Positions 1 through 10,819 of a DNA stretch of 64,000 nt are shown here, in pieces. The stretch is from an uncultured Candidatus Binatia bacterium (GTDB lineage Bacteria; Desulfobacterota; Binatia; UBA9968; JAJDTQ01). The stretch spans positions 3,552,001-3,616,000 of the forward strand of contig OZ243916.1 in NCBI GenBank assembly GCA_965213675.1, written 5' to 3'. Positions within the stretch are counted from its first letter, which is position 1; each line of letters begins with the position of its first letter. A program made the position numbers and the translations under genes. Below the pieces are notes generated by a model that was not told the origin of the DNA, did no database searches, and saw only the letters and a program-made list of their open reading frames with translations.

Positions 1-196
1 GGGTGTTGGCGGGAACCGCGACCCGCGCGGCTGCGCACGGGCGCCTGGGCGCGCCTCGGGATAGGGCGCAGCGATGCGGCGTAGCGGTGCTCTGCGCCAC
101 CCCGGACGTCCCACTCACCTCACCGCGGCGATCCCCCGGGCGACCCACGGCACGCGTCGGACCGGCGTGGGAAGGAGGCTGGAGGCGGGCGCAAAA

Positions 197-260
197 GGGG
201 TTCTTGCGAAGCGTTTTGGGGTTCTTGCGGAGCGTTTTCGAGAACGAAAACGCTCCGCAA
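197..260. repeat. 21-bp tandem repeat overlapping a perfect 16-bp hairpin upstream of gltA
   Basis: GGGGTTCTTGCG(A/G)AGCGTTTT at 197-217 and 218-238; TTGCGGAGCGTTTTCG (225-240)-AGAA-CGAAAACGCTCCGCAA (245-260). Confidence 0.85.
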
Positions 261-354
261 TGTCAAGCGAAACCACCGCCGGAAATGGGTTGACCGCTTA
301 TCGGGGATGTTCTAAGAGTCCTACTTTCGAAAATCGAGAAGAGAGGAATGAGGC

Positions 355-1647
<1,293 letters not shown>

Positions 1648-1906
1648 CCGTTCCAGGGGAGCTGGTTCGGCTGGTGCGGGACCGGTTCCCGTCGCACCTG
1701 GATGGCGCGGCTTGGGTCTGCGTCTGGGCTCGACGTCATCCGACACGGACACTTAACCCGAGCGTCATCATCCTTTAACCGGGTGCTGACTAAAAGAATT
1801 GCATGCAGGCTGCGCCGGCCGGCGGTGTCGAAGGACGGATGTGTTGAAGGGAATGGCTGGCGCGTCCAGTGATTGGAACGGCCCAAGTCCGGGAAAGGAA
1901 ACGGTC

Positions 1907-2890
1907 ATGAAAAGATTGCTTACCGCGGCCAGCGCGCTGGCGGCGATGCTCATCCTCGGCGGTTCGGCCTGGGCGGTATCGGGCAAGTTGGTCCTTTACA
2001 CAAGTCAGCCGAACCGCGACGCGCAGCAGACGGTGGATGCCTTCAAAGCCAAACATCCCGGCGTCGACGTGGAGTGGGTTCGTGACGGGACCACCAAGGT
2101 CATGGCCAAGCTTCGGGCGGAGTTCGCGGCCGGGAGCCCACAGCCGGACGTCCTGCTCATCGCCGATACGGTCACGATGGAGGGCCTGAAGCGTGAGGGC
2201 CGCCTTATGGCCCATGCCGGCGCGCCCGTGGGCGACTACGATCCAGCCCTCTACGACAAGGAGAAACACTACTTCTCCACCAAGCTCATCACCACGGGCA
2301 TCGTGTACCATAACAAGGCCTCGACGAAGCCTTCGTCGTGGCAGGATCTCGTGGCGGCCGATGCCAAGGGCCTGGTGGCGATGCCGAGCCCGCTGACCTC
2401 CGGCGCGGCCTTGATCCACCTCGCCACGCTTACGGCTCACCCCGAACTGGGCTGGTCGTATTACGAGAAACTCGCGGCCAACGACGTCAATCCCAAGGGC
2501 GGCAACGGGGGCACCTTCCGCGCGGTGGCCGGCGGCGAGAAGATGTACGGCATGGTGGTGGATTTCCTGCCCATCCGCGAAAGGGCCAAGGGTTCGCCCG
2601 TCCGTTTCGTTTTCCCGGCGGAAGGCGTGAGCGCGGTGACCGAACCCGTTGCGATTCTGAGTACCGCCAGGAACCCCGAGGCGGCCAAGGCCTTCGTCGA
2701 CTTCCTGCTGTCGCGCGAGGGTCAGGAACTGGCGGGCGGTCAAGGCTATCTCCCTGCCCATCCCGCGGTGGCCCCGCCCCGGGGCTTTCCGCCGCGCGAC
2801 CAGATCAAGCTGATGTCCTTCGATGCCGGCAAGGCCCTCACCGATGCGGAATCCAACAAGAAGCGTTTCGGCGAGGTCTTCGGGCGCTAG
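1907..2890 (+). CDS. ABC transporter substrate-binding protein (Fe3+/thiamine/polyamine/phosphonate class)
   Basis: Signal peptide MKRLLTAASALAAMLILGGSAWA; LVLYTSQP, NPEAAKAFVDFLLS; ATG at 1907 after GGAAAGGAA. Confidence 0.9.
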   Translation: MKRLLTAASALAAMLILGGSAWAVSGKLVLYTSQPNRDAQQTVDAFKAKHPGVDVEWVRDGTTKVMAKLRAEFAAGSPQPDVLLIADTVTMEGLKREGRLMAHAGAPVGDYDPALYDKEKHYFSTKLITTGIVYHNKASTKPSSWQDLVAADAKGLVAMPSPLTSGAALIHLATLTAHPELGWSYYEKLAANDVNPKGGNGGTFRAVAGGEKMYGMVVDFLPIRERAKGSPVRFVFPAEGVSAVTEPVAILSTARNPEAAKAFVDFLLSREGQELAGGQGYLPAHPAVAPPRGFPPRDQIKLMSFDAGKALTDAESNKKRFGEVFGR

Positions 2891-2912
2891 CGCGCCGGCG
2901 CCGGATGGACGC

Positions 2913-4619
2913 ATGCCCCGCTTCCGGGGACGGTTTCAAAGGGGCGGCGAACACCTGTTGTTCGCCGCCCTTGTGCTGTTTGTCGCGCTGCTGAGCGTGC
3001 TGCCCATGGGGCGGCTGCTGCTGGAAGGCGTCGCTCCGGGCGGCGTGTTCGATACCGCCGTTCTGGAAGAAGTGCTCTCGGCGCGTTCGACCTGGCGGGC
3101 GACGGGGCGCACCCTGTTCACGGCCGGCCTGGGCACGGTCATCGCCATCGCGCTGGGCACGGCGTTCGCGCTGGCGGTGGCGCTCACCGACGTGCGCGCG
3201 AAGGGCTCTCTCGTCTTTTGCTTCATGTTGCCCTTGATGATCCCGCCCCAGATCACCGCGCTCAGTTGGATACAACTCTTCGGCCCTTCGAGCCCGCTGC
3301 TCAACGCGCTGGGCATCGCGCCGCCGCCGGGCACACCGCACCCCATGTACTCGCGCGAGGGTATCGGCCTGCTGCTCGGCATCCAGCACTCCGCGTTGGT
3401 TTTCCTGGCCATGCGGGCCGGCTTGCGGGGTCTGCCGCGCGAGATCGTCGAGGCCGCCCGTGCTTCCGGGGCCGGCATCTCCAGGGTGCTGCGCGACGTA
3501 GTCATTCCCTTGATGACGCCGGCGCTGGTGGCCGGCGCCGCGCTTGCCTTTGTGTCCGCGGTGGGCAACTTCGGCATTCCCGCTCTGCTCGGCATTCCGG
3601 CCCGCTACACCGTGCTCCCGACACTCATTTTTCAACGCTTGTCGAGCTTCGGACCCACCATTATCTCCGAGGTCGCGGTGTTGTCGATCATCGTGGGTCT
3701 GATCGCGTTCTCCGGCGTGCTGCTCCAGGGCTGGATGCTGCGGCGGCGCGACTACCGCACCATGGGACCGGCGTCCCAGCCCCTCGACTTCAAGCTCGGG
3801 ACCTGGCGGCCGTTCGTGGAGGCGGCAAGTTGGCTCGTGATCTTCTTCATTCTGGTGGCGCCCGTGGCCGCGTTGGTCTCCACCTCGCTGGTCCCCGCCT
3901 ACGGCGTCACGCTGGGACCCGGCACGGCGACCCTGGACAATTATGTCGAGGTGCTGGCGCGGCAGGATGCGACCATTCGCGCTTTCCGCAACAGCTTTCT
4001 GTTGGCGGGCGGCGCCGCCGTGACTCTGGTGGGCGTCTCGCTGGTATTGGCCTACTTCGTGACCCGAAGGCGCAGCCGCATTCTCGGCGCCCTGAACCTG
4101 GCGGCGGAGCTTCCCTATGCGTTGCCGGGGGTGGTCCTGGCCATCGCCGCCATTCTGATCTTCCTCAGACCGCTGCCACTGCTCGGCTTCAGCATCTACA
4201 ACACGGTCTGGATCATTTTTGCGGCGTACCTGGCCCGCTTCCTGACGCTGAGCTTGCGGCCCGTGATCAGCGGCTACCACCAGCTCGATCCCACCCTGGA
4301 GGAAGCGGCGCAGATGGCGGGCGCCACCTTGGTGTACCGGCTGGTGACGGTGATGATGCCAGTGCTCGCGCCGGTGGCCGTGGCCGGAGGAATCGTCGTG
4401 TTCCTGACGGCCTTCAACGAACTGACCGTATCGGTGCTCTTGTGGTCTTCCGGCGCGGAGACGCTCGGCGTCGTTGTCTTCAACCTCGACGACGGCGGCT
4501 ACACGACACTGGCGGCCGCGGTGGCGGTGGTCACGGTGCTGGTGGTGTTGCTGTTGATGCTGGCGACGCAGATGATTTCCCGGCGCCTGCCCCGGGGTGT
4601 GCTGCCCTGGGAGGGGTAG
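2913..4619 (+). CDS. ABC transporter permease with two fused TM domains (FbpB-like)
   Basis: Two EAA loops (EAARASGA, EEAAQMAGA); many hydrophobic helices; start approximate. Confidence 0.9.
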   Translation: MPRFRGRFQRGGEHLLFAALVLFVALLSVLPMGRLLLEGVAPGGVFDTAVLEEVLSARSTWRATGRTLFTAGLGTVIAIALGTAFALAVALTDVRAKGSLVFCFMLPLMIPPQITALSWIQLFGPSSPLLNALGIAPPPGTPHPMYSREGIGLLLGIQHSALVFLAMRAGLRGLPREIVEAARASGAGISRVLRDVVIPLMTPALVAGAALAFVSAVGNFGIPALLGIPARYTVLPTLIFQRLSSFGPTIISEVAVLSIIVGLIAFSGVLLQGWMLRRRDYRTMGPASQPLDFKLGTWRPFVEAASWLVIFFILVAPVAALVSTSLVPAYGVTLGPGTATLDNYVEVLARQDATIRAFRNSFLLAGGAAVTLVGVSLVLAYFVTRRRSRILGALNLAAELPYALPGVVLAIAAILIFLRPLPLLGFSIYNTVWIIFAAYLARFLTLSLRPVISGYHQLDPTLEEAAQMAGATLVYRLVTVMMPVLAPVAVAGGIVVFLTAFNELTVSVLLWSSGAETLGVVVFNLDDGGYTTLAAAVAVVTVLVVLLLMLATQMISRRLPRGVLPWEG

Positions 4620-4621
4620 GG

Positions 4622-5677
4622 CTACGGGGCCGACGGGATCACCCAGGCGTCGTCCACGGCGATGCGCAGCCTTGCGCCGACGGCCGGCGGCTGCCGCAGC
4701 CACAGCCGTACCGGCGCCTTGCCAGCGTCGGCGATGGCGTCGATGGCATAGACGCCGCCGCGGTAGCTCGTGCGCCGCACGGTCACGGCAAAGCCGTGGT
4801 TCTCATCGGGACGCAGGGCCTCGGGTCTGAGGCACAGCCGCACCGGCCCCGGCGTGGCGCGGTTGCCGGCTCGCACGGTGCACTCATGGCCGAACACCGT
4901 GGTGCGGCCACGGCCTGCCACGGGAGGGTGCGTCAGGGTCGCCTCGACGATGACCCCTTCGCCGATGAAGTTCCCGACCATCGGCGTCTCGGGTTCTTCG
5001 TAGAGTGTTTCGGGCGCCGCGGCCTGTTCGATGCGGCCGTTGGACATCACCGCGATGCGGTCGGCCATGGCCATGGCCTCGGCTTGATCGTGGGTGATGT
5101 AAAGGATAGTGGTGCGGGTCTTGCGGTGAAGGTCCACGAATTCGTCCTGCATGGCCGCTCGCAGGTGAACGTCCAGATTGGCCAGGGGCTCGTCGAACAG
5201 GAGCAGGCGCGGTTCCATGACCAGGCACCGGGCCAGCGCCACGCGCTGGCGCTGGCCTCCGGAAAGGTCCGCCGGGCGGCGCGCCGCAAGGCTCTCCAAC
5301 CCCACGGTGGTGAGAGCGTCGCGCACCGGCTCACGGCGGTCGCCCGGATTGACGCCGGCGACGCGCAACGGGTAGCCGACGTTGTCGGCCACGTTCATGT
5401 GCGGCCACAGCGCATAGGACTGAAAGACGATCCCGACGCGCCGCCGCTCCGGCGGCACGTGAACGCCAGCGCCCGACATCACCGTCTCATCGAACAGCAC
5501 GCGACCCGATGTGGGGCGCTCGAAACCGGCAATCAGACGGAGGATCGTGGTCTTGCCGCAGCCGGAAGGGCCCAGCAAAGCGAGGAACTCGCCGTCCCGG
5601 ACCGTAAGGGTGATGTCGTCGACGGCTTTGATCGCGCCGAAGTGTTTCGATAACCGTTCCAGAGTCAATTGCGCCAT
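4622..5677 (-). CDS. ABC transporter ATP-binding protein (FbpC/PotA family)
   Basis: Walker A GPSGCGKT, LSGGQRQRVALAR, LLFDEP, THDQ; start MAQLTL at 5677. Confidence 0.92.
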   Translation of the reverse strand: MAQLTLERLSKHFGAIKAVDDITLTVRDGEFLALLGPSGCGKTTILRLIAGFERPTSGRVLFDETVMSGAGVHVPPERRRVGIVFQSYALWPHMNVADNVGYPLRVAGVNPGDRREPVRDALTTVGLESLAARRPADLSGGQRQRVALARCLVMEPRLLLFDEPLANLDVHLRAAMQDEFVDLHRKTRTTILYITHDQAEAMAMADRIAVMSNGRIEQAAAPETLYEEPETPMVGNFIGEGVIVEATLTHPPVAGRGRTTVFGHECTVRAGNRATPGPVRLCLRPEALRPDENHGFAVTVRRTSYRGGVYAIDAIADAGKAPVRLWLRQPPAVGARLRIAVDDAWVIPSAP

Positions 5678-5850
5678 GGCGTCGGTTGGGTTGAGGGGAC
5701 GGTCCAGGTCGCGCGGCCTGCGCCATGGGATGTCACGGACAGGACGCCGGAACTGGACCCTCCGCGGCCCGTTTGTTACAGGTAACACGTAACATGTCTC
5801 GTCCGTTCTGTTGAACTCTGTCCGTTGAACCCTTGAAGGTGTGTTCCGCC

Positions 5851-6720
5851 ATGGCCAATGACCGCGTGACCTTGGGGCTGATCCAGGCGCGGGCGTCCCT
5901 GGACCCGGATCGCAACCTCATTGCCACCGCCCGGCGCATTCGGCTGGCCGCGGAAGGCGGCGCCCGGATCGTGTGCGTCCAGGAGCTTTTCCGCTCGCGT
6001 TATTTTCCCCAGACCGAGGACACCGAAGCCTTCACCCTGGCGGAGCCGATTCCCGGACCCACCGCGGACTGTCTCTGTGCGCTGGCCCGGGAGTTGGAGG
6101 TGGTGCTGGTGGCGTCGGTGTTCGAGGCGCGCGCCCCGGGCGTTTATCACAACACCGCCATGGTCATCGACGCGGACGGGGAGATCGCCGGCCGCTACCG
6201 CAAGATGCACATTCCGGATGATCCCGGCTTCTACGAGAAGTTCTACTTCACTCCCGGCGATCTGGGTTTCCGTACCTTCCAGACCCGCTATGCGCGGATC
6301 GCCGTGCTCATATGCTGGGACCAGTGGTTCCCGGAAGCGGCGCGGCTGGCCGCCTTGGGCGGCGCCGAGATCGTTTTCTATCCCACCGCCATCGGCTGGG
6401 GCGCGGGAGAGACCCGCGCCGCGCGCCGGACCCAACTGGAAGCCTGGGAGCTGGTGCAGCGGTCTCACGCGGTCACCAACGGGATCTACGTGGCCGCCGT
6501 CAACCGGGTGGGCCGCGAGGGGAAGATCCATTTCTGGGGCAGTTCCTTCGTGGCCGACCCTTCGGGCCGGGTGCGGGCGCGGGCGGCCGCGGACAAGCCC
6601 GAGACCCTGCTGGTGGACTGCGGCCTCGGCGACATCGCCGAAGCGCGTCACAACTGGCCGTTCCTGAGGGACCGGCGCACCGACGCCTACGGCGGCCTCA
6701 CCCGGCAGTTTCTGGATTGA
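5851..6720 (+). CDS. aguB: N-carbamoylputrescine amidase (nitrilase/C-N hydrolase family)
   Basis: QELF, YRKMHIPDDPGFYEKFYF, ICWDQWFPE (E-K-C triad); adjacent to agmatine deiminase. Confidence 0.88.
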   Translation: MANDRVTLGLIQARASLDPDRNLIATARRIRLAAEGGARIVCVQELFRSRYFPQTEDTEAFTLAEPIPGPTADCLCALARELEVVLVASVFEARAPGVYHNTAMVIDADGEIAGRYRKMHIPDDPGFYEKFYFTPGDLGFRTFQTRYARIAVLICWDQWFPEAARLAALGGAEIVFYPTAIGWGAGETRAARRTQLEAWELVQRSHAVTNGIYVAAVNRVGREGKIHFWGSSFVADPSGRVRARAAADKPETLLVDCGLGDIAEARHNWPFLRDRRTDAYGGLTRQFLD

Positions 6721-6723
6721 TTC

Positions 6724-7797
6724 GTGGGACGGGATCTGGCGGATCCGCGGGGCGCGGGCTATCGGATGCCGGCGGAATGGGAGCCCCACGCGGCCACGTG
6801 GCTCGCTTGGCCGCACAACCATGACACCTGGCCGGATCATCTGGAGCGGGTGCGGGAAACCTGGGCGGAGATGATCGGGGCACTGCTCCCGAGCGAGACC
6901 GTCCGCCTTCTGGTGAACGACGCGGCCTCTGAAGCCGTGGTCGCGGCACGGCTCCGGCAATGCGGCGTCGACGCGAGCCGCGTGGTGTTCCATCGCGTGC
7001 CCACGGTCGACGTGTGGATCCGTGACTACGGGCCGACCTTCATCACCCGCGCCGTGCCGCCCGCGGCCCTGGCTTTCGTGAATTGGCGATTCAATGCCTG
7101 GGGGCTCAAGTACGCGGACTACGTGGCGGACGGCGCCGTGCCGCTGCGAATGAACGAGTCCCTGGGGTTGCCGGCGTTCATGGCGGACATGGTCCTGGAA
7201 GGCGGCTCCATTGAGGTCAACGGCGCCGGTCTGTGTCTGGTGACCGAGCAGTGCCTGCTGAATCCCAACCGCGGCCCGGGCCGGGGGCGGAAGGAAGTCG
7301 AGGCGCTGCTGGAGACGGCGCTGGGACTGCAACGCCTGCTGTGGCTGCCCGCGGGCATGGCCGGGGACGATACCGACGGCCACATCGACAACCTCGCGCG
7401 TTTCGTGGATCCGGAAACGGTCGTGTGCGTGGTGGAACCGGATCCCGAGGACGAGAACCACCGGGCGCTCCAGGAGAACCACCGCTGTCTGGCCGCCGCC
7501 ACGGACACGGCCGGCCGGCGGCTGCGCGTGGTTCCGCTGCCTCAGCCCGACCCGGTGACCGCGGACGGCGCGCGGCTGCCTGCGAGCTACGCCAATTTCT
7601 ACATTGCCAACGGCGTGGTGCTGGTGCCGCTCTACGGCGGTCCCAAGGACCGGGTCGCGCTGGACACCTTGGCGGACCTGTTTCCCGGGCGCCGAATGGC
7701 CGGCATCGACGCACGCGCGCTGATCCTGGGACTGGGTGGGATCCACTGCGTGACCCAGCAGGAACCGCGGCTTGACAGGCAATGCGGGGCTCTCTAG
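6724..7797 (+). CDS. aguA: Agmatine deiminase
   Basis: RMPAEWEPH, WIRDYGP, LEGGSIEVNG, DDTDGHID, SYANF, GGIHCVTQQEP. Confidence 0.93.
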   Translation: MGRDLADPRGAGYRMPAEWEPHAATWLAWPHNHDTWPDHLERVRETWAEMIGALLPSETVRLLVNDAASEAVVAARLRQCGVDASRVVFHRVPTVDVWIRDYGPTFITRAVPPAALAFVNWRFNAWGLKYADYVADGAVPLRMNESLGLPAFMADMVLEGGSIEVNGAGLCLVTEQCLLNPNRGPGRGRKEVEALLETALGLQRLLWLPAGMAGDDTDGHIDNLARFVDPETVVCVVEPDPEDENHRALQENHRCLAAATDTAGRRLRVVPLPQPDPVTADGARLPASYANFYIANGVVLVPLYGGPKDRVALDTLADLFPGRRMAGIDARALILGLGGIHCVTQQEPRLDRQCGAL

Positions 7798-7958
7798 TGT
7801 GGTGTCTGGTTAATTCGGGTCATAATCTGCGGGTCTTTTTCGCCGTCGGCTGCGTTGCTCTTCCTCGCGTGGTACACGCCACTGCTCGTCATCGCGCCTT
7901 GCCGACAACAAAAAATCCTCCGCAGATTATGACCCGAATTAACCAGACACCACACTAG
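7794..7958. mobile_element. MITE / large palindromic element, copy 1 (165 bp, 39-bp perfect terminal IRs bounded by CTAG)
   Basis: CTAGTGTGGTGTCTGGTTAATTCGGGTCATAATCTGCGG (7794-7832) is the exact reverse complement of 7920-7958; second copy at 38159-38316. Confidence 0.85.
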
Positions 7959-8038
7959 TGTTCTGCCTCGGGGGCAACCCGCCGTGTCATTCCGGCGAGA
8001 CAGCGTATTCTTCCCGGACACGAAACCGTGTCCCTGTT

Positions 8039-8287
8039 TCACCAGATCATGCGTGAGACCCGGAAGTGGGCTTGGGCGTATTCATTGGCCTTGGCCTCGG
8101 CGGCTTCGGCCGAGGCCGCGCTGAAGCGGAGCGGCAACCCTTCCTGCGCCAGCACCAGGCAGGCGTCGGCGAGGTTGGCGCCGCCGATGATCACGAGGTA
8201 CGCGGACCACGTACCGGCTTCCTCGGTTGAGCGGATCTCCACCCGGATGACGCCGTCGATGGAGGGAAGATGAATGTCGAGTTTCAT
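8039..8287 (-). CDS. Small hypothetical protein (82 aa)
   Basis: Protein-like composition; TTGACA-17-CAGACT promoter-like motif ending 8 nt before ATG on minus strand. Confidence 0.6.
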   Translation of the reverse strand: MKLDIHLPSIDGVIRVEIRSTEEAGTWSAYLVIIGGANLADACLVLAQEGLPLRFSAASAEAAEAKANEYAQAHFRVSRMIW

Positions 8288-8343
8288 GCCGGGGCAGTCT
8301 GTAGTCCGGGGCGGTCCATGTCAAGGCTTGTGATAACCCACGC

Positions 8344-8376
8344 GAAACGCGACTGAAACGCGACTGAAAGGCGAGC
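8344..8376. repeat. 11-bp direct repeats in divergent promoter region
   Basis: GAAACGCGACT x2 then GAAAGGCGAGC. Confidence 0.6.
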
Positions 8377-8379
8377 ATC

Positions 8380-8769
8380 GTGCCGACGCAACCCAGCAAG
8401 GAACTGCATACCATACCCAATCCGCGACCGGACCGGGACTACGAGGTGGCCATGGAATGCCCCGAGTTCACCTGCGTCTGCCCCAAGACCGGGCAGCCGG
8501 ATTTCGCTACCATCCGCATCCGCTACGTTCCCGGGCCGCGTTGCGTCGAGCTGCTGTCGTTGAAGCTCTACCTCTGGTCGTACCGCGGGGAGGGCGCCTT
8601 TCACGAGGATGTGGTGAACCGCATACTGGACGATCTGGTGGCGGCCTGCGCGCCCAAGTACATGAGCGTGGCCGGGGACTTCAACGTGCGGGGCGGCATC
8701 CATGCAATGGTGACCGCGGAACACGGCGCGCGGCCCCAAGGCGCCGGCCGTAGCCCCTCGGCGCGATGA
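8380..8769 (+). CDS. queF: 7-cyano-7-deazaguanine (preQ0) reductase, type I
   Basis: [24 protein letters not shown] (variant QueF motif), FHE, FNVRGGI. Confidence 0.9.
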   Translation: MPTQPSKELHTIPNPRPDRDYEVAMECPEFTCVCPKTGQPDFATIRIRYVPGPRCVELLSLKLYLWSYRGEGAFHEDVVNRILDDLVAACAPKYMSVAGDFNVRGGIHAMVTAEHGARPQGAGRSPSAR

Positions 8770-10148
8770 CCATGGCCGATGCAACCCACACTCTGAGCAA
8801 GCTCCCGCCCCAGAACCTGGAGGCGGAGGCGTCCATCCTGGGCGGCGTGCTGCTGGACAACGAGGCCATCAACGCCGTCATCGAGCTGGTCAACCCGGAC
8901 GATCTCTACCGGGAGTCGCACCGCAAGATCTACCGCGCCATGGTGGATCTGTGGGACCGCAGCGAGCCAGTGGACCTCATCACCCTGAGCGACCAGTTGA
9001 AGAGCATGGGAGAATTGGAAGCGGCCGGCGGCTCCGCTTATCTTGCAGAGCTGGCGAGTCAGGTGCCCACCGCCGCCAACATCGCGCACTACGCGCGCAT
9101 CGTCCGGGAAAAGGCCATCCTGCGCCATCTGATCCGTACCTCCACCGACATCGCCACACGCGGGCTGGAGGAGCGCGGCGACGTCGACGTGTTCCTGGAC
9201 GACGCCGAGCGCGCCATCTTCGACATCTCGGAAAAGCGCATCAACGCGTCCTTCGTCCGCATCGGCGACGTGATGAAGGACACCATCAAGCGAGTGGACG
9301 AGCTGTACCACCGCAAGGAACTGGTGACGGGGGTGGGCACGGGCTACGTGGACCTGGATCGGCTCACCGCGGGCTTCCAGCCGTCGGATCTGCTCATCGT
9401 GGCCGGCCGGCCGGGCATGGGGAAGACGGCGTTCGCCCTCAACATCGCGGTCAACGCCGCGTTCCAGGGCATCGGCGTCGCGGTCTTCTCCCTGGAGATG
9501 GCCACGGAGCAGCTCGTCCTGCGCATGCTGTGCGCGGAGGCGCGCGTGGACAATTCCCGGTTGCGGACCGGTTATCTCCGGGAGCACGAGTTCCCCGCCC
9601 TGGTGGGTGCGGCCGGGCGGCTGGCGGAAGCGCCGGTCTACATCGACGACACGCCCGCGGTGACGGTACTTGAAGTGCGCGCCAAGACCCGGCGGCTGCT
9701 GCGCGACCGCAGCCGCAAGATCGGCCTGGTGGTGGTCGATTACCTGCAACTCATGCGCGGGCACCGGGACTCGCCCAACCGGGAGCAGGAGATCTCGGAG
9801 ATTTCACGTTCGCTCAAAGCCTTGGCCAAGGAGCTGAACGTGCCGGTGGTCGCCCTCTCGCAGCTCAACCGCCGTGTGGAGGAACGGGTCGACAAGCGGC
9901 CGGTCATGGCGGATCTGCGTGAGTCCGGCGCCATCGAACAGGATGCCGACGTAATCATGTTCGTGTACCGGGAGGACGCCTACGAAAAGGACGAGACGAA
10001 GCACACGGGCGTCGCCCAGATCATCATCGAAAAACAGCGCAACGGTCCGCTGGGGACCGTGAAGCTCACCTTCCTCAACGAATACACCCGGTTCGAGGAC
10101 TACTCGGGACGCAACGACGAGGCGTATCCCGACGCCCGGGAATACTGA
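8766..10148 (+). CDS. dnaB: Replicative DNA helicase
   Basis: [48 protein letters not shown]. Confidence 0.97.
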   Translation: MTMADATHTLSKLPPQNLEAEASILGGVLLDNEAINAVIELVNPDDLYRESHRKIYRAMVDLWDRSEPVDLITLSDQLKSMGELEAAGGSAYLAELASQVPTAANIAHYARIVREKAILRHLIRTSTDIATRGLEERGDVDVFLDDAERAIFDISEKRINASFVRIGDVMKDTIKRVDELYHRKELVTGVGTGYVDLDRLTAGFQPSDLLIVAGRPGMGKTAFALNIAVNAAFQGIGVAVFSLEMATEQLVLRMLCAEARVDNSRLRTGYLREHEFPALVGAAGRLAEAPVYIDDTPAVTVLEVRAKTRRLLRDRSRKIGLVVVDYLQLMRGHRDSPNREQEISEISRSLKALAKELNVPVVALSQLNRRVEERVDKRPVMADLRESGAIEQDADVIMFVYREDAYEKDETKHTGVAQIIIEKQRNGPLGTVKLTFLNEYTRFEDYSGRNDEAYPDAREY

Positions 10149-10201
10149 AACCGACTGAGACCCAGGAGCTTGCGCCGCAGGAAGTCGGTCCGCGCCGCGC
10201 T

Positions 10202-10819
10202 TCAGGCCCGTGCCAGAATCTCCTGCACCCGCGCGGCGATGTCCTGGCCTCGGGTCAGGTAGCCGATCATGGCGGCGGCGTCGGCGCCGCTCTCCAGAAT
10301 CTGCGCCAGATTGTCCGCGGTGATGCCGCCGATGGCGACGATGGGAAGGCGCACACGGCTGCTCACGGAGCGGAGCATGGCGGGGCCGCGGGAGGCATAC
10401 CCGGTCTCCTTGGTGCGGGTCGGGAACATGGGGCCGAAGCCGATGTAGTCGGCGCCGCCCCGCTCGGCCTCCTCGGCCTGCTCCACGCTGTGCGTGGAGA
10501 TGCCGATCAGACGGTTGCCCATGAGCGGCCGGGCGGCCGCCAGCGGCAGGTCGTCCTGGCCCAGGTGGACGCCGTCGGCGCCCGCGGCCAGGGCGATGTC
10601 CACGCGGTCGTTGACGATGAACAGGCATCCCGCCCTCTCGGTGCGCGCGCGGGCGTCGAGGGCGAGGCGCAGAAACTCGCCGGCGGGGCCGTCCTTCACC
10701 CGCAACTGGAGCAGCGAGACGCCCCCCGCGAGCATGGCGTCGATGACGTCCGCCAACGGGCGCCCACCGGTTTGCGCCGTGTCCGCGATGGCGTACAGCC
10801 GCGAGGGCAGGCGGATCAT
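10202..10819 (-). CDS. thiE: Thiamine-phosphate synthase
   Basis: QLRVK, FIVNDRVD, GVHLGQDD, GISTHS, FPTRTK, VAIGGI; real start ATG 10819, not the ORF-track start. Confidence 0.93.
   Translation of the reverse strand: MIRLPSRLYAIADTAQTGGRPLADVIDAMLAGGVSLLQLRVKDGPAGEFLRLALDARARTERAGCLFIVNDRVDIALAAGADGVHLGQDDLPLAAARPLMGNRLIGISTHSVEQAEEAERGGADYIGFGPMFPTRTKETGYASRGPAMLRSVSSRVRLPIVAIGGITADNLAQILESGADAAAMIGYLTRGQDIAARVQEILARA

Noticed and set aside
1648-1906. TPP or cobalamin riboswitch before the ABC binding protein
   Set aside because: Core motifs were not found by eye; an Rfam scan would be decisive.
7794-8042. 82-aa minus-strand ORF and its similar counterpart near 38015-38317
   Set aside because: These are translations of the palindromic MITE, not evidence of a protein gene.
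8288-8379. preQ1 riboswitch before queF
   Set aside because: No preQ1-I stem-loop plus A-rich tail; the space is occupied by direct repeats and a divergent promoter.
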